A stretch of DNA of 64,000 nucleotides from Candidatus Aminicenantes bacterium (GCA_021162615.1 JAGGYH010000080.1:34899-98898); one strand, 5' to 3'; positions 27,641 to 38,246 are shown, numbered from the stretch's first letter. Numbers and translations are program-made. The notes: generated by a model not told the origin, from the letters alone.

Positions 27641-28387
27641 ATGAAAAGAATATGCGCAGTCCTTTTTATCTTGTTATGGACCGGTATCACTCTCCAATCA
27701 TATGAAAATCGAGATACAGAAAAGAGAACAGCCCTTTTCGTCTGGGGAGGATGGGAAGGACACGAACCAAAGAAATGTGTAGATATTTTTGCTCCCTGGC
27801 TTGAAAAACAGGGATTTGATGTTGAGATCTCAAACACTCTGGATTCTTATCTTGATGTTGAGAAGCTGAAATCACTGGATCTTATCGTTCAGGCTGTTAC
27901 CATGTCATCCATCACTTCCGAGCAGGAACAAGGGCTGCTGGAAGCAGTCAAAAGCGGCGTGGGACTAGCAGGATGGCACGGAGGCCTCGCCGATTCATTC
28001 AGGCAGAACACAGAGTACCAATTCATGGTCGGCGGCCAGTGGGTGGCTCATCCGGGAGGTGTCATCGATTATGAAGTCACTATATCAAACAAAGAACATC
28101 CCATAACCAAAGGCCTGTCTGATTTTAAAATGCATTCAGAACAGTATTATATGCATGTAGATCCCATAAATCATGTCCTTGCCACTACCACCTTTTCCGG
28201 CCAGCACGCCTCCTGGATCAAAGGCGTTGTCATGCCCGTGGTATGGACAAAAAAATATGGAAAAGGCAGGGTCTTTTACACATCCCTCGGTCATGTCTCA
28301 AAAGATTTCGATGTGCCGGAAGCCAGGGAGATCGTGAAAAGAGGTATGCTTTGGGCTGCTGGATGCCTCAATGAAAAGAATGATTAA
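27641..28387 (+). CDS. ThuA family (trehalose-utilisation, GATase1-like) protein, secreted
   Basis: [26 protein letters not shown] blocks typical of ThuA. Signal peptide. AAGGAG RBS. Confidence 0.7.
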   Translation: MKRICAVLFILLWTGITLQSYENRDTEKRTALFVWGGWEGHEPKKCVDIFAPWLEKQGFDVEISNTLDSYLDVEKLKSLDLIVQAVTMSSITSEQEQGLLEAVKSGVGLAGWHGGLADSFRQNTEYQFMVGGQWVAHPGGVIDYEVTISNKEHPITKGLSDFKMHSEQYYMHVDPINHVLATTTFSGQHASWIKGVVMPVVWTKKYGKGRVFYTSLGHVSKDFDVPEAREIVKRGMLWAAGCLNEKND

Positions 28388-29381
28388 AGAGTTCGGAGAA
28401 TTCTTTATAAGGATCCGGTATTTTAATCTCTATATAACTTTTTTCTCTCAGTTCTTCCAGGTATTTAATCGTCTTTTCCTGACGCTCCCTCTGAAAGATT
28501 CTGTTTTCGATCTCTGCTCTGACTTCATCAAAATCCTTGACATGTTCCTCCTCTTTATCAACCAGCTTCAACAAATACCACCCATTGCTTGTTTGTATCC
28601 AAGGCGTGACTTCTCCGACTTCGATTTTCTCCACCGCTTGCTCCAGAGTTCTGTCCAAGGTCCCCTTTTTGAAACTGCCTAATTCTCCCCGGTTCTCTTT
28701 ATAAGGACCTTCAGAATATTTTTCCGCCAGGTCCTCAAACATCTCCCCAGCATCTAATTTGCCTTTGATCTCATCCATCTTTCCGTTGAGTTCTTCCTGA
28801 ACTTTCCCTGTGCCAGAAAGATATATGGCTTTCAGCTCAAAACTAGCCGGCTCTATGAATTCCTCCTGATGCTGTCTGTAGTAATTAATGACCTCCGTAT
28901 CATCCACCACAATGTCTTTGCCGAACGAATAAAACAGAACACCCTCTTTCAGAAGCTCTCTCTCCTGATGATCCAGCCAAATATCATAATCGACCCCATG
29001 CTGCCCCATCGCCCTTCTAAGATCTTCAATAGAACTAAAGCCATACTGTTCCATCATGTCCTCTACCATTTTTTCCTTCTGTGTGTTCACATCAATTTCC
29101 TGTTTTTTTGCCTCCTGAACAAGCAGAAAATCCGTGATCATCCCGTCCAGAAGATTTTTTTTGCTCTTCTCATATGCCTCCCTGAGTTCCTCTCCTCTAT
29201 ATTGAGATGCCAGTGACTGATACAGGATTTCATCCTGCTTCTTGAAATCAGACAAAGCAATGATATCCCCGTTAACGACAGCGACGATGGCATCTATGAC
29301 TTCATTTCCGCTGACTTGCAATCCTGCGCATATCAGAATCATTAAAATGGCTGCTGTTTTTATGTTTCTATTCATATTCAT
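28368..29381 (-). CDS. Peptidyl-prolyl cis-trans isomerase, SurA/parvulin-like, secreted
   Basis: Signal peptide, SurA-like chaperone region, then parvulin block ([21 protein letters not shown]). 3' end overlaps thuA by 20 nt (convergent). Confidence 0.7.
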   Translation of the reverse strand: MNMNRNIKTAAILMILICAGLQVSGNEVIDAIVAVVNGDIIALSDFKKQDEILYQSLASQYRGEELREAYEKSKKNLLDGMITDFLLVQEAKKQEIDVNTQKEKMVEDMMEQYGFSSIEDLRRAMGQHGVDYDIWLDHQERELLKEGVLFYSFGKDIVVDDTEVINYYRQHQEEFIEPASFELKAIYLSGTGKVQEELNGKMDEIKGKLDAGEMFEDLAEKYSEGPYKENRGELGSFKKGTLDRTLEQAVEKIEVGEVTPWIQTSNGWYLLKLVDKEEEHVKDFDEVRAEIENRIFQRERQEKTIKYLEELREKSYIEIKIPDPYKEFSELFNHSFH

Positions 29382-30357
29382 TCCTCTGATAAGAAAAGCT
29401 CAGCCTATCAGGATAAAAATTCCAATCAAGATCTGATTTCAACTTATCTTGGTAATTGTGCATAAATTCATTTATCTTTTGATTAAGGATCTTCATTTCT
29501 ATTTTTGAAGAAATCTCCTCGTCAGGTTTATCAGGCAAAGGAGCGCTTTTTATGATCTCATCAACCCGAAAAATGTGATAACCGTATTCAGATTCTATGA
29601 CCTGACTTACCTGTCCCTGTTTCAAAGAGAAGACCACTTTATCCATCTCAACAGGGAGTTGGCCTAATTCAAAAATCCCCATCACTCCTCCCCGGGAAGC
29701 TTCCACTCCTTCAGACTCTTCTCTGGCGACCTGCTGGAATCTCTCTTCTGACGCTCCCTTAACCAGTTTATATATTTCTATGGCTCTCTCTTCGGTCTTC
29801 AGAAGGATCTGACTGACCCGCCTCTGTTCATTTTGTAAAAACTCTCTTTTGTTTGAGCTGTAATATTCCCGTATTTCCTCAGGATCCACACTTATATCCT
29901 CCACAAGACCAAGAGTGAACTTTTCTATGAGAAGTTTCTCTAAAAGCGTGTCTATCTTGACTTCTTTTTGAATCATTCTCTCACTCAGTTTGAATTCATT
30001 AGAAAGCCGGGCTATATATGCTTTTTTTTCTTCGTCTGTTAAAAACATTCCCTTGCCTTTGGCAGCCTCTAATAAGAGTTTTTCCTCTACGAAACTATCC
30101 AACATCCTGCTTAAACTCAAATCCGGCATCTCTCCATAACCTTCTCCCACGGTCAATAAAAGATAATCCTTAAAATCAGAATTTGTGTAAAATGAATCCT
30201 CTATCTTCAATATGACCTCATTCTCCTGAGTGTTATAATGAGAATCCTCTACAGCCTTTTCTTCAGGGGCTTTTCCTGCACACGTCACAAGCACAAAGCA
30301 GACCACTGCCAGCAAAGCGTCCTTTTTCAACTGAAATAAACTCATTTCTATTCTCAT
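29368..30357 (-). CDS. Peptidyl-prolyl cis-trans isomerase, SurA/PrsA-like, secreted
   Basis: Signal peptide plus parvulin block (RGGVMGIFELGQLP..EYGYHIFRVDE). Confidence 0.7.
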   Translation of the reverse strand: MRIEMSLFQLKKDALLAVVCFVLVTCAGKAPEEKAVEDSHYNTQENEVILKIEDSFYTNSDFKDYLLLTVGEGYGEMPDLSLSRMLDSFVEEKLLLEAAKGKGMFLTDEEKKAYIARLSNEFKLSERMIQKEVKIDTLLEKLLIEKFTLGLVEDISVDPEEIREYYSSNKREFLQNEQRRVSQILLKTEERAIEIYKLVKGASEERFQQVAREESEGVEASRGGVMGIFELGQLPVEMDKVVFSLKQGQVSQVIESEYGYHIFRVDEIIKSAPLPDKPDEEISSKIEMKILNQKINEFMHNYQDKLKSDLDWNFYPDRLSFSYQRNEYE

Positions 30358-30383
30358 GCTATCAAGAGTCCAGCCTCATTATA

Positions 30384-33300
30384 TTACAATAAAGTTAACT
30401 GCTTCAAGATACATATCGTTTCATGCAGTATGTTTGACTCATTTTCCGATCCCAACATTAATGTCACTATTCCCTGCGGAGTCATGGACCCGGAATATTT
30501 CTCAACCAGGCCGATTAATTTTGAAACATCGGCGGTCGAATCCGCAAAAAATTTAAGAACGATCTTGTTTCTCATTCTGTCTAAAGTTTCTATTCCTGCT
30601 TTTTGGGCAAGCAACTTTATCTTTCCGTAATCAAACAGGTTCATAACGCTCTGAGAAAAAGAACCGTACCTGTCCCTTATCTCCTCCTTTATCTTATCCA
30701 GTTCAGAGAGCTCTTCTATGGAAGATACACGCTTGTACAGATCCATTCTTAAGCTGAGCTGGGGAATATACGCATCAGGAATCCTTATATTGACTTTCAA
30801 ATCAATCCGGCTCTTTCTGGGTTCTGTTTGCTCTCCTCTCAGCTTCTTGACTGTTTGGTCCAGAAGGAACATGTAGTATTCAAACCCCACGGCTTCCATG
30901 AAGCCGTGCTGTTCCTCGCCAAGAAAATTTCCGGCTCCTCTTATTTCAAGGTCTTTTGCAGCCAGTCTGAAACCTGAGCCCAATTCAGCAAACTCCTGTA
31001 TGGCGATCAGCCTTTCCTTGGCCTTTCTGGTGAGTTTGGAAGAAGGGGAGACCAAAAAATAAGCAAATGCCTGACGTGATGAACGCCCCACTCTTCCCCG
31101 GAGCTGGTACAGCTGGGCCAATCCAAACCTTTCCGCCCTGTTGACGATAAGAGTGTTTACCAGCGGGATATCAATCCCGTTTTCAATGATTGTCGTAGAA
31201 ATCAGGACATTGTATTTCCCCTGAATAAAATCAAGCATTCTTTTCTCTAACTGCGCCCCTCTCATTTTCCCATGGACAGTAACCACATGGGCCTGAGGAA
31301 CCCACTTTTTTATCATCCCGGCCATTGTATCAATATCCTCAACTCTATTATGAACAAAATAAACCTGCCCATTTCTGTTCAATTCCCTTTTTATGGCAGA
31401 GGAAATCAGTTTTTTACTGTAAAGAGTCACGATGGTGTGGATAGCCAGTCTGTCCTTTGGGGGAGTTTCAATAAGGCTGATGTCCTTGAGCCCGCTCAAT
31501 GAAAAATTTAAAGTCCTTGGGATGGGAGTCGCTGTCATTGTCAAAACATCTATATCTGACTTCATCTTCATTATCTTCTCTTTGTGTTTCACGCCAAATC
31601 TCTGTTCCTCATCAACGACCAGCAATCCAAGGTCTTTGAACTCCACATCCCCGGAAATCAGTCTGTGGGTGCCTATGACGATATCGACTAAACCTTTTTT
31701 GATGTCCCTCACGATATTTTTCTGGACACTTTGAGACTGCAGCCTGGTCAATCCTTCAACCCTCACCGGAAAAAGGAGCATCCGGTTCTGGAATGTCTTT
31801 AAATGCTGGCTGGCGAGAACAGTAGTGGGGCAAAGAACAGCTACCTGTTTGCCATCCATAACCGCTTTAAAAGACGCCCTTAAAGCGACTTCTGTTTTTC
31901 CATATCCCACATCTCCGCATAAGAGCCGATCCATGGGCAGAGATGATTCCATATCATCCATGACTTCTTTTATGGCGAGTTCCTGGTCACCGGTTTCCTC
32001 ATATTCAAAGGTTTTTTCAAAATCAGACTGCCACATTCCTTTCTGGCTGAAGGCGTACCCTTCCTGAGCCATTCTCTTGGCATAGAGGTGCAGAAGCTCC
32101 TTGGCCATTTTTTCAATACCTTTTTTAACCCTCTCTCTTGATTTGACCCACTGTGGGGAACCGAGTTTGCTCAGGTTAGGGAAAGCAGCGCCGACTCTTG
32201 AATATCTCTGGACTAAGTTCAAATCCTGAACAGGAACAAATAGTTTGTCATCATCCCTATAATTGATTTCTATAAACTCCTGCTTCCCGCCGTCCACCCC
32301 CATCTCTACCAAACCTTTAAAAATCCCTACGCCATAATCTGTATGCACCACATAGTCACCAGTCTTCAAGTCCTGAAAATGTGAAAGAAAGGCTTTGGTT
32401 TTAGGACGGCTTACAAGAACCTTCTCTTCTGTAAAAATATCATTCTCGGAAAAATAATTGATTTTCAGCTCAGGATAACTGAAACCCCGGCCCATTTTGC
32501 CTATCAGTAAAACAACGGATCCATCCTTTGCTTCAATAAAAGGGTGGTCTGCTTCCAGGAACGGAATCTCATTTTCCGATAAAATGAGAGAGACCTTTTC
32601 CCTAACTCCTTTGCTGGAGATATAAATCGCGCTTCTCTCCGATTCCTTCTGCAGCTTCTTTAAGTAGGTGAGGAAGAAGGGAATCTTATTTTTAAAAGTG
32701 GGGACAGACTGAAAGGAAAAAGCAATATGTTCCTTTAGGCTCGAGGAAGGTATTTCATTCAGACGTACTGCGCTGTCCTTCACTTCATCCAAGAAAGGGA
32801 ATTCGAAAATTTCTTCGGGGGATAGAGAGAAAATATTTCTTTTTCTGAGCTTTTCATATTGTTCCTTAAACTCTTTCTGGAGCTGTCCCCACTCCTTCTT
32901 GACCTCATCATAATCGTCAATGACATATATACAGTCCCCAAGGTATTCTTTCAAACGGCAGAAAGGCTGCTCATTGACTTTACTGTGGAAAACAAAACAA
33001 GGTTCAGAATCCTTTGCGGCCGGAAATTCTCTCATGGAAGGTATGTGAAGAAAATCAATTCTCTCGACCGAACGCTGGGAAGATGTCTCGAATTTTCTCA
33101 GAGACCTGACTGTCTCTCCGCTGAATTCAATGCGGAAAGGGTATGATTCCAGAGGAGAAAAAACATCAACAATCCCGCCCCTGAAGGCATATTCTCCATG
33201 CGAATTGATGATATCCTGTCTCTCATATCCATAGTTTTCAAGGACCCCAATCAGGTCCTCACGGTCCAATGTGACTCCATTTTCTATCTCCAGGAACAGC

Positions 33301-33713
33301 TTCTTCAGGGCTTTCTTACAGGGAACCGGCATCAACAGCGCAAGCAGATTGGTTATGACTATGGAGTTCTGTTCCTGGTTCCATTTCCGAAAAAACCTCA
33401 TTCTTGAAGAGACTGAATCCATAGAACAAGGAGTATCCTGATAAGGGCTGTCAGCCAAATGAGGGAAAATGTCAGACTCCTGATTCATCGACAACTGGGA
33501 AAGAAAAAAATCGCATTTTTCCTTAACGTTTTGTAGCGATGAGCTCACAGGGCAGAGAAACACAATGTTTTTCTCAGTCTCCCTCTTTATTGAAGACAAA
33601 AAATAAGGTTTTGCCTGATCAATGACCCCGGATATACTGAGGGCCTTTCCACTGCTTAATCCGCTTATCAGCTTCTTAAATTCTTCTGTTTTTGTTATAA
33701 AATCAATACTCAT
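30384..33713 (-). CDS. mfd: Transcription-repair coupling factor Mfd
   Basis: UvrB-homology N-region, RNAP-interaction domain, helicase motifs GDVGYGKTEVA / DEEQRFGV, TRG region. Start trimmed to MSIDFIT (ATG at 33713, RBS AGGTGA). The ORF-track extension to 33791 would read through a conserved repeat module. Confidence 0.85.
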   Translation of the reverse strand: MSIDFITKTEEFKKLISGLSSGKALSISGVIDQAKPYFLSSIKRETEKNIVFLCPVSSSLQNVKEKCDFFLSQLSMNQESDIFPHLADSPYQDTPCSMDSVSSRMRFFRKWNQEQNSIVITNLLALLMPVPCKKALKKLFLEIENGVTLDREDLIGVLENYGYERQDIINSHGEYAFRGGIVDVFSPLESYPFRIEFSGETVRSLRKFETSSQRSVERIDFLHIPSMREFPAAKDSEPCFVFHSKVNEQPFCRLKEYLGDCIYVIDDYDEVKKEWGQLQKEFKEQYEKLRKRNIFSLSPEEIFEFPFLDEVKDSAVRLNEIPSSSLKEHIAFSFQSVPTFKNKIPFFLTYLKKLQKESERSAIYISSKGVREKVSLILSENEIPFLEADHPFIEAKDGSVVLLIGKMGRGFSYPELKINYFSENDIFTEEKVLVSRPKTKAFLSHFQDLKTGDYVVHTDYGVGIFKGLVEMGVDGGKQEFIEINYRDDDKLFVPVQDLNLVQRYSRVGAAFPNLSKLGSPQWVKSRERVKKGIEKMAKELLHLYAKRMAQEGYAFSQKGMWQSDFEKTFEYEETGDQELAIKEVMDDMESSLPMDRLLCGDVGYGKTEVALRASFKAVMDGKQVAVLCPTTVLASQHLKTFQNRMLLFPVRVEGLTRLQSQSVQKNIVRDIKKGLVDIVIGTHRLISGDVEFKDLGLLVVDEEQRFGVKHKEKIMKMKSDIDVLTMTATPIPRTLNFSLSGLKDISLIETPPKDRLAIHTIVTLYSKKLISSAIKRELNRNGQVYFVHNRVEDIDTMAGMIKKWVPQAHVVTVHGKMRGAQLEKRMLDFIQGKYNVLISTTIIENGIDIPLVNTLIVNRAERFGLAQLYQLRGRVGRSSRQAFAYFLVSPSSKLTRKAKERLIAIQEFAELGSGFRLAAKDLEIRGAGNFLGEEQHGFMEAVGFEYYMFLLDQTVKKLRGEQTEPRKSRIDLKVNIRIPDAYIPQLSLRMDLYKRVSSIEELSELDKIKEEIRDRYGSFSQSVMNLFDYGKIKLLAQKAGIETLDRMRNKIVLKFFADSTADVSKLIGLVEKYSGSMTPQGIVTLMLGSENESNILHETICILKQLTLL

Positions 33714-33715
33714 AA

Positions 33716-33977
33716 GTGATTCACCTGTAATATTCACAAGTCGAGGTTGCTGCAGATGCGAGGCCCAGGGTGCGAAGCTGTGGTCCTTCACCGCGAGTGC
33801 CCTGTAACGAAGCAGATGCAGTGAGATCGGCTTGCCTAAAAGGTAAAAAAACGGCGATTAAAATGAAAGTGAAAAAAGCAATAACATTTCATTTATCATT
33901 TTTATAAAAAACATGTCTATCCTGTAAAGCAAAACAAAAAAATACTCATCGCCACTTTTTTATGAATAGGTCAGGTT
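33716..33977. repeat. Copy 2 (shortest, about 262 bp) of the mosaic intergenic repeat family (modules A, partial middle, D, E)
   Basis: GTGATTCACC..AGTCGAGGTTGCTG at the 5' end, ATCGGCTTGCCTAAAAGGTAAAAAAACGGCGATTAAAATGAAAG (module D) and CATCGCCACTTTTTTATGAATAGGTCAGGTT (module E), matching copies 1 and 3. Its 5' end lies 3 nt from the mfd start codon. Confidence 0.75.
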
Positions 33978-34092
33978 CATTATAAAAGATTTTTGTTTGG
34001 GAGGCTAGGGGTGTTGCCTTAGTGACAGGTAATAAGGGTTGAAAGAGTGTTGGGAAAAGTGTAATGTTTTGATTGAAAGAGCCAGGGACCTT

Positions 34093-34365
34093 ATGAAAAA
34101 GAAAAAAGACTCTGTTCCCAAGGCGGATAAACCATGCGCCCAATTTTATTCAGGCTATAAAAGCCATGAGACTCCGAGGTCAATAATCATCGGAGAGAAG
34201 GAATACCCCATAAAAAAAATCACGGAACAAAAAAGAATAACAGATTTTAAATCAGGGGAGAGATACAATCTGTTTGTTTGTGAAACAGAGAACAAGACCT
34301 ATTCCATCAAAGTCTTTGATTCCGGAAAAACAGATAAGGTGGATGTTTATAAAGGAAAAAAATAG
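34093..34365 (+). CDS. Hypothetical small protein (start uncertain; ORF-track TTG at 34039)
   Basis: Only ORF support. No recognisable domain, K-rich. Confidence 0.3.
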   Translation: MKKKKDSVPKADKPCAQFYSGYKSHETPRSIIIGEKEYPIKKITEQKRITDFKSGERYNLFVCETENKTYSIKVFDSGKTDKVDVYKGKK

Positions 34366-34425
34366 AGAATATCCATAGATTGAAAAAATGAGGAACAAAG
34401 GAATTCGATTAAATTGAGGTGCAAC

Positions 34426-35592
34426 ATGACAAAAAGAAACATAGTCAGCGGTCTGCTTTTATTATTACTAACTTTTTTTCTTTTCTGCGGAACCCCTGCT
34501 CCCGAACACGAATTAAATTATTTTGACAGAGACTCGCTTCCCACAGAAAATATCCGATTATCCATACTCTATCCTTCTCCAGGCAGCCTAAACTCCCTAA
34601 TAAAACTGAAGGAGAGAGGAATATTCGGCGACGAAAATTTAGAGATAGTGGGTATTTTTCATCAAGATGAACGTACGGATTATCAAAAATCCCTGGCCCT
34701 GGTCAAAGAAAAAAATCTCAACTGGATAAAATTCCACAGATTGACAGGAAGCCTTACCAAAGACAGTCTTTTTCAAGAAAATGAATTGACACCTGAATTC
34801 AAAAAAATCGTTGCCCGCTCCGATGGAATGATCTTCTTCGGAGGAGCTGATATTCCCCCTTATATATACGGAGAGAAAACAAATCTGCTTACTTCCATAA
34901 GCACGCCGATAAGGCATTTCCTTGAGCTGTCTTTTGTGTTCCACCTCTTAGGAGGTTATCAAAACAGTGATTTTATTCCCCTCCTGGAATCATATCCGGA
35001 CTTTCCTGTTCTCGGGATATGTCTTGGGGAACAAACCCTGAATGTAGGCACAGGAGGAAGCATGATCCAGGACATATGGTCAGAAAAATATGAAAAATAT
35101 TCCCTGGAGGATGTCCTGTCTCTCCACAAAAACAATTGGCATTACAATCCCTACTCAAGACTTTATCCTGAAAAAAACCTTTTCCGCTATAATCTTCATC
35201 CCATCAGATTTTCCCCGGATGGCCTTTTTGTCAGGAAATTCGGATTCAGCCCTCAGGAAACGCCTCTTATTTGCAGCTCTCACCACCAGGCGGTGGACAG
35301 CCTCGGAAAAGGAATGAAGGTTTGTGCTACGACCCTTGACGAAAATGTCATTGAAGCTGTTGAGCACGAAAAATACAGAAATGTACTGGGTATCCAATTC
35401 CATCCGGAATTTCCCCTTCTTTGGGACCAGGAGGCTTCTTTCCTCTTTTCACCCCAGGACGAAGAAGAATTCATTCCTCTGGAAACTCTGAAAAACTCGC
35501 CGCCCAGCTTTTCCTTTCATAAAAAAATCTGGTCCTGGTTCTATGAAAGCCTCAAAGAATTCCATCAAAGCAAGCTTAAAAATCAAAAATGA
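34426..35592 (+). CDS. Peptidase C26 / class-I glutamine amidotransferase-like hydrolase (gamma-glutamyl hydrolase family), lipoprotein-like
   Basis: GICLGEQ (nucleophile Cys), HHQAV and GIQFHPE motifs of the GATase1/C26 triad. N-terminal hydrophobic signal. Start set at the ATG after GAGGTG. Confidence 0.65.
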   Translation: MTKRNIVSGLLLLLLTFFLFCGTPAPEHELNYFDRDSLPTENIRLSILYPSPGSLNSLIKLKERGIFGDENLEIVGIFHQDERTDYQKSLALVKEKNLNWIKFHRLTGSLTKDSLFQENELTPEFKKIVARSDGMIFFGGADIPPYIYGEKTNLLTSISTPIRHFLELSFVFHLLGGYQNSDFIPLLESYPDFPVLGICLGEQTLNVGTGGSMIQDIWSEKYEKYSLEDVLSLHKNNWHYNPYSRLYPEKNLFRYNLHPIRFSPDGLFVRKFGFSPQETPLICSSHHQAVDSLGKGMKVCATTLDENVIEAVEHEKYRNVLGIQFHPEFPLLWDQEASFLFSPQDEEEFIPLETLKNSPPSFSFHKKIWSWFYESLKEFHQSKLKNQK

Positions 35593-35605
35593 ATACCAAT
35601 CCTGT

Positions 35606-36088
35606 TTAGTTCCTGTTTAGCTTGAGGACCTTTTCAATGATTTCGGTTGTCGAAGAACCGGGAAGATAAGGGACCACCACTACCTCTCCTCCTGCTGACT
35701 CGACCTCTTCCCTTCCCACGATTTCATCTTCTCCCCAATCCCCGCCCTTTATTAAAACATCCGGAAGGATAAGGGAAATCAGCTTTTTAGGTGTTTCTTC
35801 TTTAAAGGACACTAAAAAATCAATGGTTTCCACCGCTTCCAGAATTTCTAGTCTTTCATTCAGTTTAAAAATGGGCCTATTGGGACCTTTTACCCTTGCT
35901 ATGGAAGCATCATCATTCAGGGCAACGATAAGAACATCCCCGTATCTTTTCGCTTTTCTGAACAAATGGATATGACCTGCGTGCAGAAGGTCAAAACATC
36001 CATTTGTCATCACGACCTTTTTCCCTGAGCTTTTTAATTTCTTCCTGATGCTGAGGAGTTCTTCAATTGTTTTTGACTTTTTACCCAT
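35606..36088 (-). CDS. D-glycero-beta-D-manno-heptose 1-phosphate adenylyltransferase-like (RfaE domain II, cytidylyltransferase fold), stand-alone
   Basis: VVMTNGCFDLLHAGHIHLF nucleotidyltransferase H-x-G-H motif. 160 aa, no kinase domain. Confidence 0.75.
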   Translation of the reverse strand: MGKKSKTIEELLSIRKKLKSSGKKVVMTNGCFDLLHAGHIHLFRKAKRYGDVLIVALNDDASIARVKGPNRPIFKLNERLEILEAVETIDFLVSFKEETPKKLISLILPDVLIKGGDWGEDEIVGREEVESAGGEVVVVPYLPGSSTTEIIEKVLKLNRN

Positions 36089-37376
36089 GCTGTTTCTCTT
36101 TTTCGGATTGTTTTTTTTTAGTGATTTTTATACCTGGAGAAAATTTCCAGGAGTGCTGCGGCCTATAGATACCGCTATCAATAAATTTAGAAGAAATCAT
36201 AAAAGAATACAGATTGCGGTGATAATCATAAGGGAATCCATCCTGCCTGTGCGCCGCCACATCCAGATAATACGTGCCGTTTATAAGGTCGAGAGATTTT
36301 ATTAGAAAAGAGACCTTCCCTCTGCCCTGGACGGACTCACTTTTAAAACCTTCAAGGACCGTGTTCGTGCCATAGCAGCACACTCCCTGAGAATTGAACA
36401 TTCCTATCCCAAAAACAAAATCCTTTATGGGATTTTTTGTATGGAAATCCATTTCTATGACCATGCCGTCAGAGGGAGTAAACACACGTTTTTCCCTGCC
36501 GCTTAGGTCCATTAACCTGACTTTTTCGATCTCTATCTCCCGGTTACCCCATCTGTTTTCCCTTCGCTCCTGATCCAGATCCCCCTGAGCCTCTTCTTCC
36601 TGCTGTTTTTTTTCAAAGTCCTTCTCTTTTTTGGACTTCACATCCTGGATATACTGGTCTATAACCCTTTTCGGGTCCCCGAGTGCTTTCATTTTCCCGT
36701 TTTTCAGCCAGGCAACCCTGTCACATATTTTTTCTACTGTAATCAGGTCATGGCTGACGAAAAGGATGGTCTTTTTCCTTCGGCGGAATTCATCAATCCG
36801 CTCCAGGCACCTTGGGACAAAGGAAGCATCCCCAACGGCCAGCACTTCATCCACAAGCAGAACATCCGGATTGACATTAATGGCTATGGAAAAGCCAAGG
36901 CGCATATACATCCCTGAAGAATAGGTTTTGACAGGGGCATCAATAAAATCCTCCAGTTCAGCGAACCTGACGATATCATTGAATTTTTTGTCTATTTCCT
37001 CCCTGCTGAGTCCCAGCATCACTCCATTGATGTATATATTCTCACGGCCTGTTATCTCAGGATGAAACCCTGCGCCGAGTTCTATAAGGGCTGAAACCTT
37101 TCCATTGACGAGAACACGCCCTGAAGTGGGCTTGGAAATACCGGAGACCACTTTCAGCAGCGTGCTTTTTCCGGAACCATTTTCCCCTATGACACCAAAC
37201 GTGGTGCCTTTTTCCACTTTGAAACTGATATTATCCAGAGCCATGACTTTTTCATCGGACTTCAAGGATTTGAACAGATCTCCCTTTAAAATAGCGCTCT
37301 TGAATGTCTTGAACCGGTGCTGCTCCGAATATTTTCTGTATATTCTGGATAGGTTTTCAATTTCTATGGCAGGCAA
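36081..37376 (-). CDS. ABC transporter ATP-binding protein, Wzt/TagH-like polysaccharide exporter with C-terminal carbohydrate-binding-like domain
   Basis: Walker A GENGSGKST, signature YSSGMYMRL, Walker B LLVDEVLAVGD. About 170-aa C-terminal extension as in O-antigen Wzt. Confidence 0.8.
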   Translation of the reverse strand: MPAIEIENLSRIYRKYSEQHRFKTFKSAILKGDLFKSLKSDEKVMALDNISFKVEKGTTFGVIGENGSGKSTLLKVVSGISKPTSGRVLVNGKVSALIELGAGFHPEITGRENIYINGVMLGLSREEIDKKFNDIVRFAELEDFIDAPVKTYSSGMYMRLGFSIAINVNPDVLLVDEVLAVGDASFVPRCLERIDEFRRRKKTILFVSHDLITVEKICDRVAWLKNGKMKALGDPKRVIDQYIQDVKSKKEKDFEKKQQEEEAQGDLDQERRENRWGNREIEIEKVRLMDLSGREKRVFTPSDGMVIEMDFHTKNPIKDFVFGIGMFNSQGVCCYGTNTVLEGFKSESVQGRGKVSFLIKSLDLINGTYYLDVAAHRQDGFPYDYHRNLYSFMISSKFIDSGIYRPQHSWKFSPGIKITKKKQSEKEKQHG

Positions 37377-38246
37377 TCAAACCTCCTCAGGAAACGAATC
37401 TCGAAGTCTGTCAAACACATAATACCCGATAAAAAGCAAGATTATGGAAACCAAAAAAGTCACCCCGAGCCGCTTCCAGTGTATCAGCTCTCCATAATAA
37501 ACACAGCTCTGGTATCCCGACATGATATGAGTCATGGGATTTAGATTAAGGAACAGCTTTAGTAGGGGATGTTTCTGGACCGGCTCGAAAGTCATGGCAT
37601 AAATGATGGGGGTCGAGAAAAACCAGAACGTCAAAAGATTCGTTAAGATATCCTTGATGTCACGAAAATGGACAGTCAGAGACGAAACCAAAAAACAGAA
37701 TCCCAGGGTGAATACGTACTGGACCAGGATGACGACCGGCAAAAACAAAAGATAAGGCGTGTAGGTCTTTCCCATTAAAGGCACGAACAGCAAAAGAATG
37801 GGGAGTCCGAAAAGAAAGTGAACGAAATTACTCGTCACTGAGACAATAGGAAGGATCTCTGTCGGGAACAGCATCTTTTTGATAAGGTTCCCCTGCGCTA
37901 TGAGAATATTGGCTGATTCCTGCGATGAAGCGGCAAACCAGACCTGCCACGGCAGGATACCGCAAAAAAGAAAAAGCGCATAGGACCAGGGAGACGCATC
38001 GAAACTGGGGTCTCTGGGCCTGAGAATAAATCCAAACACAAAAGTATAGACAGTAAGCAGAAGCAGAGGATTCACAAAAGACCACACAAATCCCAGGACA
38101 GTTCCTCTGTAGCGCGCTTTGAGCTCCCGTCCGACAAGAGTCCGGATGAGGACTCTGTATTTGTACAAGCCTTTAAGTTTTTTTATTAAACGAAGCATAC
38201 GCTCTCCCGGAAAAAATCTGTTCGGCCTCTTCGGAATAACGGCCAT
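37377..38246 (-). CDS. ABC-2 type polysaccharide export permease (Wzm-like)
   Basis: Six hydrophobic helices. Conserved N-terminal LVGRELKARYRGTVLGFVW motif of ABC-2 permeases. True start may be the ATG at 38198. Confidence 0.75.
   Translation of the reverse strand: MAVIPKRPNRFFPGERMLRLIKKLKGLYKYRVLIRTLVGRELKARYRGTVLGFVWSFVNPLLLLTVYTFVFGFILRPRDPSFDASPWSYALFLFCGILPWQVWFAASSQESANILIAQGNLIKKMLFPTEILPIVSVTSNFVHFLFGLPILLLFVPLMGKTYTPYLLFLPVVILVQYVFTLGFCFLVSSLTVHFRDIKDILTNLLTFWFFSTPIIYAMTFEPVQKHPLLKLFLNLNPMTHIMSGYQSCVYYGELIHWKRLGVTFLVSIILLFIGYYVFDRLRDSFPEEV

Noticed and set aside
33714-33791. ORF-track N-terminal extension of mfd (MKDHSFAPWASHLQQPRLVNITGESL)
   Set aside because: It would translate through the conserved AGTCGAGGTTGCTG core of the repeat. 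The internal ATG at 33713 has a good AGGTGA RBS and gives a normal Mfd N-terminus.
34039-34092. TTG start at 34039 for the small ORF downstream of repeat copy 2
   Set aside because: It begins inside or next to the repeat terminus with no RBS. The internal ATG at 34093 is more plausible, but the gene itself remains low confidence.
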